A model generated the notes under the pieces. It ran no database searches and was not told the DNA's origin. It saw nothing but the letters and a program-made list of their open reading frames with translations. 64,000 nt of DNA from positions 31,331 through 95,330 of the forward strand of contig NIVC01003488.1 in the NCBI GenBank assembly GCA_002269645.1, written 5' to 3'. This document shows positions 47,992 to 63,331 of this stretch, piece after piece. This DNA comes from Macrostomum lignano (Eukaryota). Made by a program: the position numbers and the translations under genes. The stretch's first letter is position 1. The number at the start of each line of letters is the position of its first letter.

Positions 47992-50900
47992 TCTGGTACA
48001 TGCTGGCTTCATCAAAGCAATCGAATTAGGGAAAGGAGCTCATGAGTAGTGCCAAGTAGTCAATCTATTTTTACTCCTTTTCCGGGTCTCTTTTTTCCTA
48101 TGAGCAGTCTGCCACACGCCTGAACAGCTCTGTAGCGACTTTGCTACAGCTGAGACATATTTTGCTTTTGGTCCCGAACAACTGTGTACTTTTACTGACC
48201 GACCTTACATAATTGGCTTTCGTGCGCGAGGGGTAATTTCCCTGCGTTTAATTAGATGCCACGAATTTCAGACGGCAAGTGGGAGACCCAGTGAATACCT
48301 GTCAGATAAATGAAGACACAAACAGACAGATGAATGAAGCCGCAGACAGATAATTGAAGCCACAGACAGACAGATGAATAAAGCCGCAGACAGATAATTG
48401 AAGCCACAGACAGACAGATGAATGAAGCCACAGACAGATAATTGAAGCCACAGACAGACAGATGAATGAAGCCACTGACAGATGAATGAAGCCACTGACA
48501 GATGAATGAAGCCACTGACAGATGAATGAAGCCACTGACGGATGAATGAAGCCACAGAAAGATGAATGAAGCCACAGACAGGTGAGTGAAGCCACAGACA
48601 GATAAACGAAGCCACAGACAGGTGAGTGAAGCCACAGACAGATGAATGAAGCCACTGACGGATGAATGAAGCCACAGGCAGATGAATGAAGCCACAGACA
48701 GATGAATAAAGCCACTGACAGATGAATGAAGCCACAGGACAGATGAATGAAGCCACAGACAGGTGAATGAAGCCACAGACAGACAGATGAATGAAGCCAC
48801 AGGCAGATGAATGAAGCCACTGACAGATGAATGAAGCCACTGACGGATGAATGAAGCCACAGGACAGATGAATGAAGCCACAGGCAGATGAATGAAGCCA
48901 CAGACAGATAATTGAAGCCACAGACAGGTGAGTGAAGCCACAGACAGATGAATGAAGCCACAGGACAGATGAATGAAGCCACAGGCAGATGAATGAAGCC
49001 ACAGACAGATGAATGAAGCCACAGGACAGATGAATGAAGCCACAGGCAGATGAATGAAGCCACAGACAGATAATTGAAGCCACAGACAGATGAATGAAGC
49101 CACAGACAGGTGAATGAAGCCACAGACAGGTGACTTTTTGCAATTCGGGAACACACAGAATGGGAGAATCAGAATGGGAGAATCTACCTCAGAAGTATCC
49201 ACGGTTGTATTCTTCCTCAAAGTTTCAAATTGCCTCATAATGGCTTTATTCCGTCGTAAGCGCTTGTGATGTGGGTGATTTGTGTTTAGCAAAATGGGAA
49301 AATATGGAAACAAGGTTTGCCATGTGATTTCGTATCACCCTACTTAGAAGTAATCATGGCAGAAAAAATTATGCTGGTCAGTATATTCTCTGACAAATTA
49401 AAAAAGGTCAGGACAGCATAGAAAAAATTCTATCTAAAATGGAGAGTACAGTTGAAATGATTTGATCTATATTTTATAAGTTGATTGCAGAAAACCAGTT
49501 TTTGATTTCAAGGTTAAGATTAAAAAAGATTGTTAAAGTTAGCTCTGCGTAGGGGTCCCAAATACCGGAGGTTCCTCAATACCGGGATGGGCTAACAGAT
49601 GAAAAAAGAAAAAATATGAACGATAAAAATACTCATGATTCATTTTTCTTCTGCCGCATGATTCAGAGAACTTTCCTTTATTGCAGTCATCAATCATTGT
49701 AGCAAAACAGTAACAACCAGCACAAAACTCTCACTCACTCACCCACTCACTCACTCACCCACTCACTCACCCACTCACTCACTCACTCACTCACTCACTC
49801 ACTCACCACTCACTCACTCACTCACTCACTCACTCACTCACTCACTCACTCACTCACTCACTCACTCACTCACTCACTCACTCACTCACTCACTCACTCA
49901 CTCACTCACTCACACACTCACTCACTCACTCACTCACTCACACACTCACTCACTCACTCACTCACTCACTCACTCACTCACTCACTCACTCACTCACTCA
50001 CTCACTCACTCACTCACTCACTCACTCACTCACTCACTCACTCACTCACTCACTCACTCACTCACTCACTCACTCACTCACTCACTCACTCACTCACTCA
50101 CTCACTCACTCACTCATTCACTCACTCACTCACTCACTCACTCACTCACTCACTCACTCACTCATTCACTCACTCACTCACTCACTCACTCACTCACTCA
50201 CACACTCATTCACTCATTCACTCACTCACTCACTCACTCACTCACTCACTCACTCACTCGCTCATTCACTCACTCACTCATTCACTCACTCACTCACTCA
50301 CTCACTCACTCACTCACTCACTCACTCACTCACTCACTCACTCACTCACTCACTCACTCATGATTGTAAGAATCAAAAGCAATACCAATACATATCTTAT
50401 TTAGTAGTTATCTAAATATGCTAAATCTCTAAGTATAATACTAACAATGAAAATCAAATACAAATTGGATATGCAATTATTTCACATAAAACTATAAAAA
50501 ATGAAAAAAATTGCCGTTGACAAGTTACCAATCATGCGCATCGGGATCCCGGAAGTTACAAAAAGTTCCCAAATTGCAAAAATGTTTCTTCAAAACTAAT
50601 AGTTTGATCTCTAAGTTGTCCTAAATTTATATACTCAACCAAGTCTATGACAGGGAATCTACTAGAGCCCCGGCTAACAGACAAAAAAGTGATGTCTATT
50701 TTAGTGGAAGCAAATCCGAAAAATCCGCACAGAAATGGGATTGCACTTGAGTGTAAAGGAGCTTAAAAGGCAGCCAGACAGCTACTCTACAAAAACGTAT
50801 CCTTCCGGACCTTCCTCCACCGCAGCAGCAATGGCAGCCGCCGAGAGTCGAGCTCCGGCAGTGTACTGCCTCTCCGAATTTGCTCGTTCCGATACAATGT

Positions 50901-53607
50901 TGAATTCTGAAAAAAGCAATTGTTTTTTAGTTCAAATTTGATTTGTTTGACCCATTGATGCTAGAAACATAGTATAGCATTGTCGGTAGAGTTTACGGTA
51001 GTTTATTTTCAAGTGAGACTAAAGCATTCCTGCATGGTTAAACTCATTGTTGCACTATTTGGTCAAACGACAATGCTTTTCCACTTGCTAGTTGCCCTCT
51101 ATATGCTCGTATGTGTATTCTTATTATTAGAGAAAAAATACTTTCATACGTCGTAAACTGCATTCCATCAAATATACAGATGAAATGTGCGTGACACCCT
51201 TGGAATGTAGCCAACCCCACAGAACTTTGAATCATTTCCAATAGGTGCTTATTGTAACAGGATATAAATGTGTAAAAGCGTGCATTAAACACAAAAAGCA
51301 TGCTTAAATGGCTCGTGATCGCATATTGGCTAGTCATATAAAATACGATTGCTCATTTTATCGTTAAAAATTGTACTATTCTGAGCCGGGAATGTGTTGT
51401 CTATGGTAATTTTGACAAAAACTAGGATATGTATGAGATATTCTATGGGTTTGAGGTCGGTATGTGATTAAATCCCGAGAGCCGAAGCCGATGTATTCAG
51501 ATAAATCCCGGAGCCATACTTGTATGTCTATGGTTGAAGTTGGGAATGGGGTGTGGGGGCGAAGCCCCTGCTGGGGATGTGGGGGCGAAGCCCCTGCTGG
51601 GGATGTGGGGGCAAAGCCCCTGCTGGGGATGTGGGGGCGAAGCCCCTGCTGGGGATGTGGGGGCGAAGCCCCTGCTGGGGATGTGGGGGCGAAGCCCCTG
51701 CTGGGGATGTGGGGGCGAAGCCCCTGCTGGGGATGTGGGGGCGAAGCCCCTGCTGGGGATGTGGGGGCAAAGCCCCTGCTGGGGATGTGGGGGCAAAGCC
51801 CCCACATTCTTACCATAGACAAAATTTCATTAAGAAATTTCTTGAGTCACGAAGGAAGAGAAGGCAGAAGCTCGCTTATTTAGATACATAGAATAATCCT
51901 TGCAAAATGTCCGGGAAAGTGATCGATTAAATCGCGCAAAATAAATCTATGTCAATAACCTCCCTGAAAGTGAGCTTTAAAGTGGTTTAATACCGGTATA
52001 TCATATAATCCTCCTCGAAATCAGGATCAATCGAAGTTCATATATGATAAACGCTGTTTAATTCATCATAGTCTATGGTTAGAATGTCCTTCGGAATGTG
52101 AATTAAACGACGTTTATTATTTACTTAATGCAATAGAAATATATATCCTGATTGCAATACCGCTTTTGACAATCTAAATGGGAATTTGGACAATCAAAAC
52201 GGGACGCCATAGACATTCAATTCAAGCCAGGCCACAGGCTCGGGCTGCTTGGGAATACACAACCATAGCATGTGGAATTGACAATCAAAACGGGACGCCA
52301 TAGACATTCAATTCAAGCCAGGCCACAGGCTCGGGCTGCTTGGGAATACACAACCATAGCATGTGGAATTGACAATCAAAACGGGACGCCATAGACATTC
52401 AATTCAAGCCAGGCCACAGGCTCGGGCTGCTTGGGAATACACAACCATAGCATGTGGAATTGACAATCAAAACGGGACGCCATAGACATTCAATTCAAGC
52501 CAGGCCACAGGCTCGGGCTGCTTGGGAATACACAACCATAGCATGTGGAATTGACAATCAAAACGGGACGCCATAGACATTCAATTCAAGCCAGGCCACA
52601 GGCTCGGGCTGCTTGGGAATACACAACCATAGCATGTGGAATTGACAATCAAAACGGGACGTCATAGACATTCAATTCAAGCCAGGCCACAGGCTCGGGC
52701 TGCTTGGGAATACACAACCATAGCATGTGGAATTGACAATCAAAATGGGAAAAAAGCCATTGAAAACGGGAATTCGCCTAATTTAATGTATTTTTATATC
52801 TCAGGGCCACTGGAATATTTAAAAGTGAAGAACAAGGTGAACATGCGGCTTCTTGGGAAAGCGCTCAGTCAGCAGTTCAGACATTTCCTTGAGCGTCAGG
52901 AAAGGATTTTCATCGAGTTTCTCAACCAAGAATTCTCTCATTTCCTGATCGGCCTTGCACAATCCTTATTTACGACCACCGCGAGGAAGGGATTCCACTT
53001 TGCCATCAAGTCAAAAGTTGGCAGCGATTCGGAATGCCGTTTTTTTCTTGATTTACAAGATTCTTGCAGCTTCCTGCGATGGATGACCCTTGTTCAATCG
53101 CATCAATCAGCCGCTGGCGATCTGCTACAGGAATTGGTGGCGCCATTCAATGGGGTCGCTTTCAGGCCAAAGACGAACAAACAGGGGAGAGAGGGACAGA
53201 GAGCTGTAAAATCTCAGTCCGATTCCCGTTTAATTTGAATGGCTTTTTCCCACACTGAATGTTCAAATTTATAGCCTATGGCCTAGCCTCCCTCAGTAGA
53301 CTTTGCTAAACTGCTTAAGTCCATGACTAGGGTGAGATCTGTGGCCTGGCTTGAATGTCTATGGCGTCCCGTTCCGACTGCCCAAATTCCCATTCCGATC
53401 GTCAAAAGCGATGATATTTGGTCACGAGTGCCATAGACATTTAAGCACTCAAAACCAAGTGTTGAATCCTAATATTAAATAACAATCAGCAAAAAAATTA
53501 ATTTAATTTGGTTCACAAATATATCCAAAAAACTCCAAACAGATGCCTATTTGAAAGTAGTTTAATCCCGAAATAGGCGAGACGCCCATCTACGGTTTCT
53601 AGTATCT

Positions 53608-56600
53608 TTATGGTTTGATCTGATTAACTAAATTAATTTGATTAATCAGACCTTTCCGAATGGTGCTTAGGTGATCATGAAACTCCACGTCTGTTTTCTT
53701 GCCATGAAGCTTATGCTTCTCCCTCAGAAAAAATGCCATCAAAGCTTCGCCAGTTGGTATGGGTCGCAAGAACAGAAACAACTGTGGAATTCGCTCCTTG
53801 GCTAGGACCGTGTTGCAGCCTGCTCCGACGATGCGCCCGTTTCCATCGATTCTTATCCACCAGGCTAGGTGCAGTACGTCGCTACTTGTCTCCCTCTCGT
53901 CCTTGAAATTACCATTGTTAAAAAATATAGATGCATTAAAATTTTCTTTTTCATAATCTTTAAAGTCAATCATTTTTAAAACTTAAATGGCATCTTTTCT
54001 TACCTTGTAGAAGATAAATCGACAATTATTTTTTCGTCCCTCGACGTGCACAAATTGCTGAGAAGCGTCAATGCACCTCGGATCTTTTTTGAGAGCCAGA
54101 TCTCGAATACTGACAAGTTTTTTTCGCAGCTCCCATTCTTCTTTTGCGTTTCGTGGAACCACATGGCCGGGCTTGTCAGAAAAGATGTGAGACCAGTTTC
54201 CTTCATCATTCAAAAACTGGTCGTTTTTAGATGTTCTGGGTTGGTTGTCAGCAGAGCTGGTAGCGCCTTCATTGTCACGGCCTGAACGTCCGCCCAGCTC
54301 TGAGTCAGAGGAACTCTCCATTTCGGGAAAATTATTCCCAAGAAGTTCGTTTACAGTCCCTAAATCTAAACTGTCAAAAGTCCGCGTGGAGGCGAACTGC
54401 TTGCTATTCAGTTCGCCGAGAATCAGAAATGATACTACCTTGTGAACGGTGCTTCCCGGGGGAAACTCCATACGAAAACTGGAATGCACTGATTTGGGAT
54501 TCAGTAAGACACCGCCGTATACTGTCGATCGTGTTGTTGCGTCCGAACTAGCGCTCAGCACTGCGGGTGCCCAATCACAATCGGATATCTTCTGTTGCCT
54601 CTGATGCAAGCTACTATTTAACTTATGCTGTATCTTGCTGTTCCAGTTCCTAAATTCTCTTCTCTTCGAGTCAATCAAATCTTGAATTTGTTGCCTAACA
54701 TCCGCAGCAGAGCTTGATGGCAGACTGTCAGCCAACAGGTACTGGAGCGTTCTGACATCTCGCCTACGCAAGGCACGGACAGTCTCGGTCTTATTTAAGT
54801 TTAGTTGGCTTAGCAATTGATCAGTGGCCAGATTGCAACAATCATAGTGGCTTGCACCAGGGATTGATTCAGCTCGATCCAGTGTCTCTAGAACATTTTT
54901 CGCCATCTCATAACTCTTTTCCATTCTAACAGCTCGTTCGTGATCAAGAATTTGCTCTACTTGCTCCTGGCGAACGGTCATTGCTCCGAGGCTTTGGTGC
55001 ATGGCCTTAATAATCAGGCAGAGTTTCGGAATCTTTGTTAGCTCTTTTAGTCTTTCAAACTCGGGAAAGAATCTACCCAAGCTGGGAAGGGCCTCCGTCA
55101 TGTCCTTTGCGAACTGATTCTCTGGAGAATCTTCATCATCAGTCTCAGCGTCCTGGTGTTCGCCACCCATTGAAGCTACCATCCTGTGCGTTTTGACTTC
55201 CAAGCGAACCTTTCCAAACACGAACTCAATCGTGTCAGGTGTTTCCTCCACTTTCATCTCCATGTCTGTGGCTGCAATCCAGAATCTGCTGCAGCGAGAT
55301 CTTTGCCCACCTCTTTCGCTTAGAGGTCTCAACAGCCAGCGCAGCTGATCTGGCAGTCCAGCGAACAGACCCCTACCGTTAAGCAATGGTCTCCGATCGA
55401 ACGGTGGCTTCCTGCAGATCTCTAATCCGGAACTGAATTGCTTCATGATGTAGTCCGTGTTGAAAAGAGTGTCTAGGAGTGGAGTTCCTTTAAGCAGATC
55501 TGGTTGGCTACTCCAGTACTTTTGAAACGGGTGGAATCGAGCTTCGTGAAGATTGGCGGGCTTGTCAAGGCTAAAAGCCACACCCGGATGATCCATTAGC
55601 AGACCAGTCAGCACATCGAAATCGCTGACAAGATTCCCTTTGCTGCCCACGACAGAAATTTGAAACGTATTTTTGTTAAAAATGACCTTGTCAATGCTCA
55701 AATACGTGTTTCCGCATCCTGAAAAATCAAGTGTCTGATTTGGTACAAGCCAACCGTCCTCTGGAACGTCAAGATAGCATGGATTTATCAGGGCGGCTAC
55801 GTTGTTAAAGTCCAGATTCTGCTCTCTAAGCATCTCACGTGCAGTTAAGAGCTCAAGCTGGCGTGTCTCACTTTCAGTGAATGCAGAGCTGCTGATGCTG
55901 TATTCCAAGCTCTGGTAAGCTATGATACTCTTCGGTAGTTCAAGAAAATAGGAATTTTCTGGCTGAGACAAACCACAGAGAAGCTGACCTGCGCACTTTT
56001 TGAGCACATTTGAAAATACCAGCGACTCAGACGGACGAACCAGAGGCAGCGACACAAATGGTGAGAAACGACCAGTGAAGGCTACTATCTCTAGAATCGA
56101 AATGAGCCGTTCAACATCATCTGGTCGTCCAACTTTCGTAGCGGCATCTCTCAGCAAGGCAAAAGCGTGTCTCGAAACATAGTTTAACAAAGCTGAATCG
56201 GAAAAGTTGTTGAGACAAATGCTCACTGAAGCGATCCCGATTTCAAACATGGCTTCTTTGAGCGCATATCTCTGGTAGAGCGACTCCTCTATTTCCAGAG
56301 CTCGTAGAAGCAGAGCTACACACTCAAGAAAACAGGCGAGGACCTCAGCAAGCGTTTCGCAAGCCATGGCAAGGTCCAGTGCGCTCATTGCCGCTTGCAG
56401 TGGCGTCATTTGGCCCTTTTCGAGTCTTCTGGAGATAGCGATCTCGCTCTTCTTCAACGCTTGCACGCTGTGTCCCGGTACGTAAATACCTGGGAATAGT
56501 GGGACTTGTGCTTTGGCTGGTGTTTCCGACGAAGCAGTCCGACGACTGAACATTCCCTGGCAGTCTGACCATGGGTTATCGATTAAATGGAACAGCGCAT

Positions 56601-58369
56601 GAACCGGAAATGTCCCACAAAGAGCTCCGAATCTAGAGACAATACGCATTACAGATGATATCAAATCTGAGTGGTAGAAGACAGAGTATCCTTCGAGCAC
56701 TGCTTGTGTGAGGTCCTTCATACCTCTGAGTTGAGCTGTTACATCACCTGAACAGCTGAGGATCCCTGCACCTCTCAGAAATAGACCTACAATTCTTGAC
56801 TCAAGTTTCGCTTTAGCAAGTGCTTCGTCAGCCAGCTTAGCTGACTTGCTAGCCTGGCGTAGCAGCAACCTGTCTCTCGGTGACTGTGAGAACGCAATGT
56901 GAATCGAGTTGTTCAGATCGGCCGAGTCAACTATCAGCTTTAGCCGGGCTTCTTCTTGTGTTAAAAAAGATCGAAAATTTTCATTACTTTCCAAGGCAGA
57001 CTCTTCATTTTCTACCAAGAGTAACAGCAAGCGCAGCTCTTGGTCAGGATCTTTTTCTTCTGAAATTTCCAGTACGAGCTCAGTTTGACGGCTCTGCAGT
57101 GACTCAATGTCATGCTCATTGCGTTGAGACTTCTGTAGAGCTAGCCACAGCGCCGAAGCAGCAAGAAAAAGTTTTGTAGTGAGAGCGATTGAAGGATCGA
57201 ATGTTGCTTCGACCACAGACTTAGGCTGATTTATCTTCAGATTGTGCATCATTCTTTCGATACTTGCAATTCCTGTCGCCACGTAGGAAGCTACAAATCC
57301 TGTCTGAGGCGTCGCTGCCAACTCCTCCCACAACTGCAGTCTCTTCTTGGACTCAAGCTTAGAGCATGTGAGACACACAGGTCTGAACTCGTGACAGGCT
57401 CCTGCGACAAGGAAGCATTTTCGTTCGGATAAATCTTTCTCGGCACTGCATACCACACAACGAGCACCGAGGAAAAACTTCTTTATACCCCTTCTCTCTC
57501 TATTAACGTCGACGCGAAACTTGGGTAACACATCTTTGAGTCTTTGGCGCATCTTTTCGGGGTCGCTTGACAGTGGCTTGGAGCCAGATGGAGGAATCAA
57601 TATCACCATGAGTTTTCTCAATTCGCTTTCCTTCAAGCTGGAAAGGTCATAGCAGCATACTAGTTCGCCTTCTTGAACTGGTGGAACTTTCGTCTGCGTA
57701 TTCCTTTTCAGCGTTTTTTCTAGCGTCTCTCTCGCCCATTTGCAGGCTTCGGTGAGAACTTCATCGTCTAAATGTTCTTCTGAAAGCTCGCCTGACGCGA
57801 TACTCTCAATAAAAACCGGGCTTTGCAGAGTTGACCGTCTCGTCCTCTTAATAACCCGTAGCTTCTCCTGAAGATCCAGAACTGCTTGACGAGTTTCCTC
57901 GAAAAACTTATTTGCGAATCCGTTTGGGTCGCATTGCGCTCCATGAGCCGTCTCGGAACTCTCCCTCCAAGCAGCGATTCTGCTCATGAGGTCCTTCGAT
58001 AGTGTCTTTCCAGTTGGCAATCGAGGCAAATCAGCGCCACTCTCGTAATCCTCAGTTGCTTCATCTCGACGTTCGTCGTACTTCATTCGTTCGGTTTTAT
58101 CGCACAGGACAGATTTGGCTTGATTCAGAAGCTTGGCCATGTCTTCAGCCTCGCTGCCAGCCTTGTCGGGATGATAGTTCGTCATTCGCTTGCGCCAAGC
58201 TCTCAGAATTTCCGCCTCGGAAGCAGCTTGCGTCACACCCAGTAGCTGGCAAAAAATTGTTATTGTGAATATTATTATGGCTAATATTGCGTCATTAATA
58301 CAACTGAGACTTAGTGGTGTTAAAAAAGTCACTCACCGAGTAGAAACTTGGTAAATCTGAGTTGGCCAT
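53608..58369 (-). CDS. J-domain / DUF1598-like / toxin-like protein, copy 2. Exons 58369-58337, 58245-54004, 53901-53608.
   Basis: Mirror of copy 1; the only amino-acid difference in the ORF track (V/I) falls inside intron 1. Confidence 0.88.
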
Positions 58370-59153
58370 TTCTACTTTCGTTTTGAAGCCAAACTACCAA
58401 ACTCAGTCGAAGTCTCAGACTTTGACGAAAAAACCTGAAAAAAGAAGCTTTGGATATAAGCGCGCATCGGCGCACACAACAGTTTTTAAAGAGCTACTCC
58501 CGACAGAGAGTATTGTGTACTTTTTTGTTGGCTGAAAGCAAAGCAATACGCGCTCGTACTTTCCATAGTTTTTAAAAAAGCCTTTTCCCAGTCTATTTCA
58601 ACAAAACAGATATGCAGTCTCGTCACTTCTTCCTCGTTTCACTCTCGATTGTCAATGGCTTAAAGTACGTGAAGAAGCTATTGAACAGGCCAAAAAGAGA
58701 TAGGTTGAAAAAAGCGAGGAGCGAAGGCCGAAGTTTGCTTAAACTTGTGTAGCGAGCTGAGTATTAGGCATTTGGAAGCACAAAAAGAAAAGTATTGCCC
58801 AACTGACTGAATAAAACTTGTCTAAATAGAAGGACGGCAGTATAATTTGAGTTTGAGATGTGCCTCAGTTCCCCACTTTTAGCCATAGACAATCGAGAGT
58901 GAAACTATAGCAACTCGTAAAATGTACTGCCGCCGGCTAAATTCAATGTTGGCTTGTCTAAATAGAAACTTAAAATGGTGCTCTAAATTAAATGGTATGA
59001 CGAAATTGCTAAAAATAGACTGCGAAATGTACATAATAAAGTAGGAAATTTAGCAAATATGAGCGTATAATAAAGTGTGCCGTAAAAAGTCCCGAGTCAC
59101 TAGGCAGAGGATTTGTCAGTTAGTCTATTAGTGGCCAGATACAAAGTTAAAGG

Positions 59154-59365
59154 TGTTGCGTATTGCTATGGCTAATGCAAAGTATAGACTTTTACTTCGA
59201 AAATAGTCTATGGTTTTTGCGACGCGATACGGTACTCTCCTTTGTTTGCTAAGCTTCGAATCTTTTCATTTAGGAGCACAAGACCCTAGGAGCGCGCTGC
59301 CGCTAAAATATAGCTTAATTTCAAACTACCATAATTCATTGACTTGGCGTTCCTCAAACAAAACA
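59154..59365 (+). repeat. 5' LTR
   Basis: TGTTGCG..AAACA; 211/212 identical to the 3' LTR. Confidence 0.97.
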
Positions 59366-59378
59366 TGGCGACGAGGAT
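59366..59378 (+). promoter_or_regulatory. Primer binding site, tRNA-Ser(GCU)
   Basis: TGGCGACGAGGAT directly after the LTR, complementary to the ..AUCCUCGUCGCCA 3' end of eukaryotic tRNA-Ser(GCU). Confidence 0.85.
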
Positions 59379-59426
59379 AAAAAGCAACTGAGGGTCGAGG
59401 AAAATTCCGCACCTGCTGCCCTCAAA

Positions 59427-62400
59427 ATGGCTCAGTCAATGGAGTACCGTCTTGGTGAGATGCCACTTTCTTACCCAGAGATAGAACAATACTTCAAACG
59501 ACTTCTGTTCTACCTGGAGGCAACTGAAAAGAATGAGCAAGCTAAAGCAGTCCTACTGGCTACCTGCGGTGAATCTGCATTCAATCTGGTGGAGGAGCTG
59601 ATAAAACCAGAAGACATCACCAAGGCCGGTGTTACGTTCAAGTCGATTCAGGACACTTTGCTCGAGCACTTCAAACCGAAAGCTCTGCTTCATTATGAGC
59701 GACATGTGTTCCATTCTACTGTTCAAAAGGACGCGGAGAGCATTACAAATTTCGTTGCACGGCTCAAGCAACAGGCGAACAAGTGCCAATATGGTGAATT
59801 GCGCGAAGACCTGATCCTGTCTCAGTTTATCTTCGGACTTCGTAGTCAGAATCTGCGGCAAAAACTGCTATCCAAAGGCACGCTTGAGCTTAATGATGCT
59901 ATTCAAGAGGGACTCATGACCGAGTCAATTGCAACTGCTACAGACAAGCCGGAAACTATCGCTAATGTGCAGAATGCTGGGACATTCTCGAGACCAAGAA
60001 GCTGCAGTGCCCAACGCTCTGTCTCATTCAAGCAACCTCAGGGACATCTGCATAATCAGTCGAGCGGCAAACCTAAAGGTAAAACAGCTAAGTGTCACAC
60101 CTGTGGGAAATCGGGACATCTACGATCAGCATGCAGGTTCCAAGAAGCCAAGTGCCATAAATGCGGCAAGGTAGGACATCTAGCTACCGTGTGCAGATCA
60201 AAGGCTATGAACGCAATCCAACGAATGCCAAGCTGCAGCCCTTCACCAGGGAACACTAGCTCTTACCATCTGGAACTCATTCATGCGGTTAGACAGCCAA
60301 AAACGGGTTGCTCAGATCAGTGGTTTGTTCGGTGTCGTCTAGGAAAAACTGAAGTCAACATGCTTGTGGACACCGGCAGCCAAGTAACCGTGGTTCCGGA
60401 TCAAATCGCCAAGAGCTCAGGCTTAGAGTTACAGCCAGTCAGCCAAAAACTAAGATCTTACGGAGGTTTTCAAGCTACGGTCACTTCTGTCATCTACGGG
60501 GCAAAGCTACAGGTTATTGGTGGCAAGTCTGCTTCAGAAAACATCTACGTCGGTCATGATACAACAGCTATTCTGGGCATGAACTTCATACCGTCCCTAG
60601 ACCTAGTGCGAATGGATCAAGCGGTTCGAGTGTCGAATGAACACAAGTGCCTACCAGTCGTCCGAGATCAAAACTCAAACTTCATTGCCAGCTTTCGCTT
60701 ACGTTCGGGTGTGAGTATGGAAGGCATGCGATTTCCTGCTCGCTCACTTCCTTTCTCCATGAAGTCTATGGTAGAAACCGAACTAAGAAGACTTCTTGCT
60801 TCAGGAATCATCTATTCAGTCAAGAATCCTACTGTTGCAGCGCCAATAGTCCCAGTGGTCAAGCCCGAGGGATTAGTAAGACCTATTCGACTGTGTGGCG
60901 ACTACTCTATGACGCTCAATCGTCTTATTGACGTGGACAAGTACAGGTTTCCGAAGATGGAGGAGATCCTGGCTAAGATTCCCAACGCTAAATTCTATAC
61001 GGTCCTAGACTTAGAACAGGCCTTCTTACAGGTGGCTCTATCCCCTGAGAGCCAAGAGCTCACATGCATTTCTACTCACATGGGATTCTTTGCATTCAGA
61101 TATCTACAATTCGGGATTTCCGCGGCGCCTCTAATATTTCAGGAAATCATGGACGAAGTTCTTCGGGATGTACCATTTACAGCCTCATATCAGGATGACA
61201 TCATTATTGGGACTCCTGAGGATTCAGCCGAAAAACACATGCAGCTGGTTCGTCAAGTCAAGGATCGTTTGGCAAACTGCGGGTTCAAGATTAACCAGAG
61301 AAAGTCTCAAGAATGTCGTAGAGAAGTTCGATTTCTTGGCTTCATTTTGCGCGATGGAGGCATGCACCCCGACCCAGCACGAATGGAGGCGTGGAAGAGG
61401 TTACCATATCCAAAAGACAAAGACCAACTGCGCAGCGCTCTGTGCACCTTCCGACACAATGGCGTCTTCTGCAAGAACTTTTCAATGATTGCACGACCGT
61501 TATATCAGCTGCTGAAGAAAGGAGTTCACTGGAGTTGGCATGGAGAGCAGTCTGCGGCATTCGACAAGCTGAAGAGCATTATTGCAGGCGGTGTGATAAC
61601 CGCATACGACATTACGAAACCGTTGTACTTGATTTGTGACGCCTCTAAGGATGGCCTCGGGTACGTTCTAGCTCATGATCCAATGCAACGACAGGTTGTC
61701 TGGCTAGGCAGCGAGTCCTGACTCCAGCGGAGAGCAACTACGCTAACATTGAGCGGGAGGCGTTAGCGATCGTCGAAGGGACCAGATACTTTTATCAGTA
61801 CCTCGCGGGTCGAAAATTTACCATCATTTCTGATCACCGACCGCTTCAGTACATATTTAATCCGAACAAGGTCTCCGAGCGAGTTTCAGCAAGGATTCAG
61901 CGATGGGCATTACTGTTAAGAGCTTACGATTACAATGTGATGTACGTCAAGGGTGAAACGATGTACGCTGCAGACACTTTGTCTAGACTTCCATTGCAGT
62001 CGGATTCAGCGGATCAGAAGATCAACCTCTTAGAAATCAATGCACTGGAGGGTTTCGGAAACCCCGAACAGCTACTGCAGAGGATCGTGCGAACTAAAGA
62101 TTACAAGTTGGACATGCTCAAGAAGTACATTCAAGACGGCTGGCCTGCTTATCCACCACCAGCTATGCTGCCATATTCACGCAATAAGTTGGAATACACA
62201 CTCCAAAACGGAGTGATTTTCAAAGGATTGCGCATCGTCCCACCCTCTAGCCTGAGAAGCGAAATTCTTCAGATGCTTCACGAGGACCACCCCGGCATCG
62301 TGAGGATGCTACGTCTATCCAGACAGTACTTCTGGTGGCCCGACATAGATGCTCAAATCAATGCATTCGTTCAACGTTGTGTTCAATGCCAGCTACATGC

Positions 62401-63271
62401 TAGGAAAAGAAGCAATGCAAATCTGTCGTCATGGCCGGAGACAAAAAGTTTCTTCGAGAGAGTTCACGTTGACATCGCTACTTTCAAAGGTCAACGCTTC
62501 CTTGTCCTGATTGACGCATTTTCAAAATGGGTAGATGTACAGTCCGTGCCGTCAATGAAAGCATCCATTGTCATCAGTGCGCTGAGAAAAACGTTCAAGT
62601 ATACCGGATTGCCGAAAAATCTGGTTTCGGACAATGGTGGAACTTTTGTGGCAGAAGATTTCGTTACTTTCCTGCGAGAGAACTACATCGACCACACACT
62701 TACTCCCCCAGGACATCATCAGTCCAACGGTCAGGTGGAGAGAGTCATTGAAGAATTGAAGTTTTATTTAAGAAAGTTAAACGCTGGTGCCAATCTTTCT
62801 GAGCTGGAAAGGCATTTAGCAGGATTCTGCCTGTTTCAGAATACGACTCCTCACTGCAATGGATCAATTCCGGCACTTCTGGTGTTTCAGCAGTCGCCCC
62901 GAACACGTCTATCAGCCATTTGTACAGAGAGGACGAGGCCGGTTCAAGAGCCAGTTCCTGTTTTCGTGCGTGTGGAGCACAAGGAGCAACGGGTCCCCTC
63001 TGAGCTGAAGTCTACAGTTGGTACAAATACTTTCCGAGACGCAGAAGGACGACTAGTGCACCAGTCCGATGCTACTGCTCGTACAGAGGAACTACCGATT
63101 GATGATTCGAAGCAGTCTGGGATCACCCCTCGTGATACTGATGCAACTACGTGCCAAGACAGTGCTACACAAGTCCAATGCGCCATGCAATGCAGTCGCC
63201 TAGGCACAAGGAACACGGTGTGCTCGAGTTCCGTAGGAGCACGCGAGTCAGGCGACCTCCGGAACGATTAA
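59427..63271 (+). CDS. gag-pol: Gag-Pol polyprotein with one 1-nt frameshift at ~61712
   Basis: Two CCHC knuckles (CHTCGKSGHLRSAC, CHKCGKVGHLATVC); protease LVDTGS; RT YQDD; RNase H CDASKDGLG, and the shifted frame continues RVLTPAESNYANIEREALAI..SDHRPL; integrase HHCC plus VHVD/SDNG/ERVIEE. Confidence 0.95.
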
Positions 63272-63331
63272 CTTATTTCTGAATTGCTTGAGGCGTAACT
63301 TTGAACTGCACTGTATAAGCATCGGTGGGGG

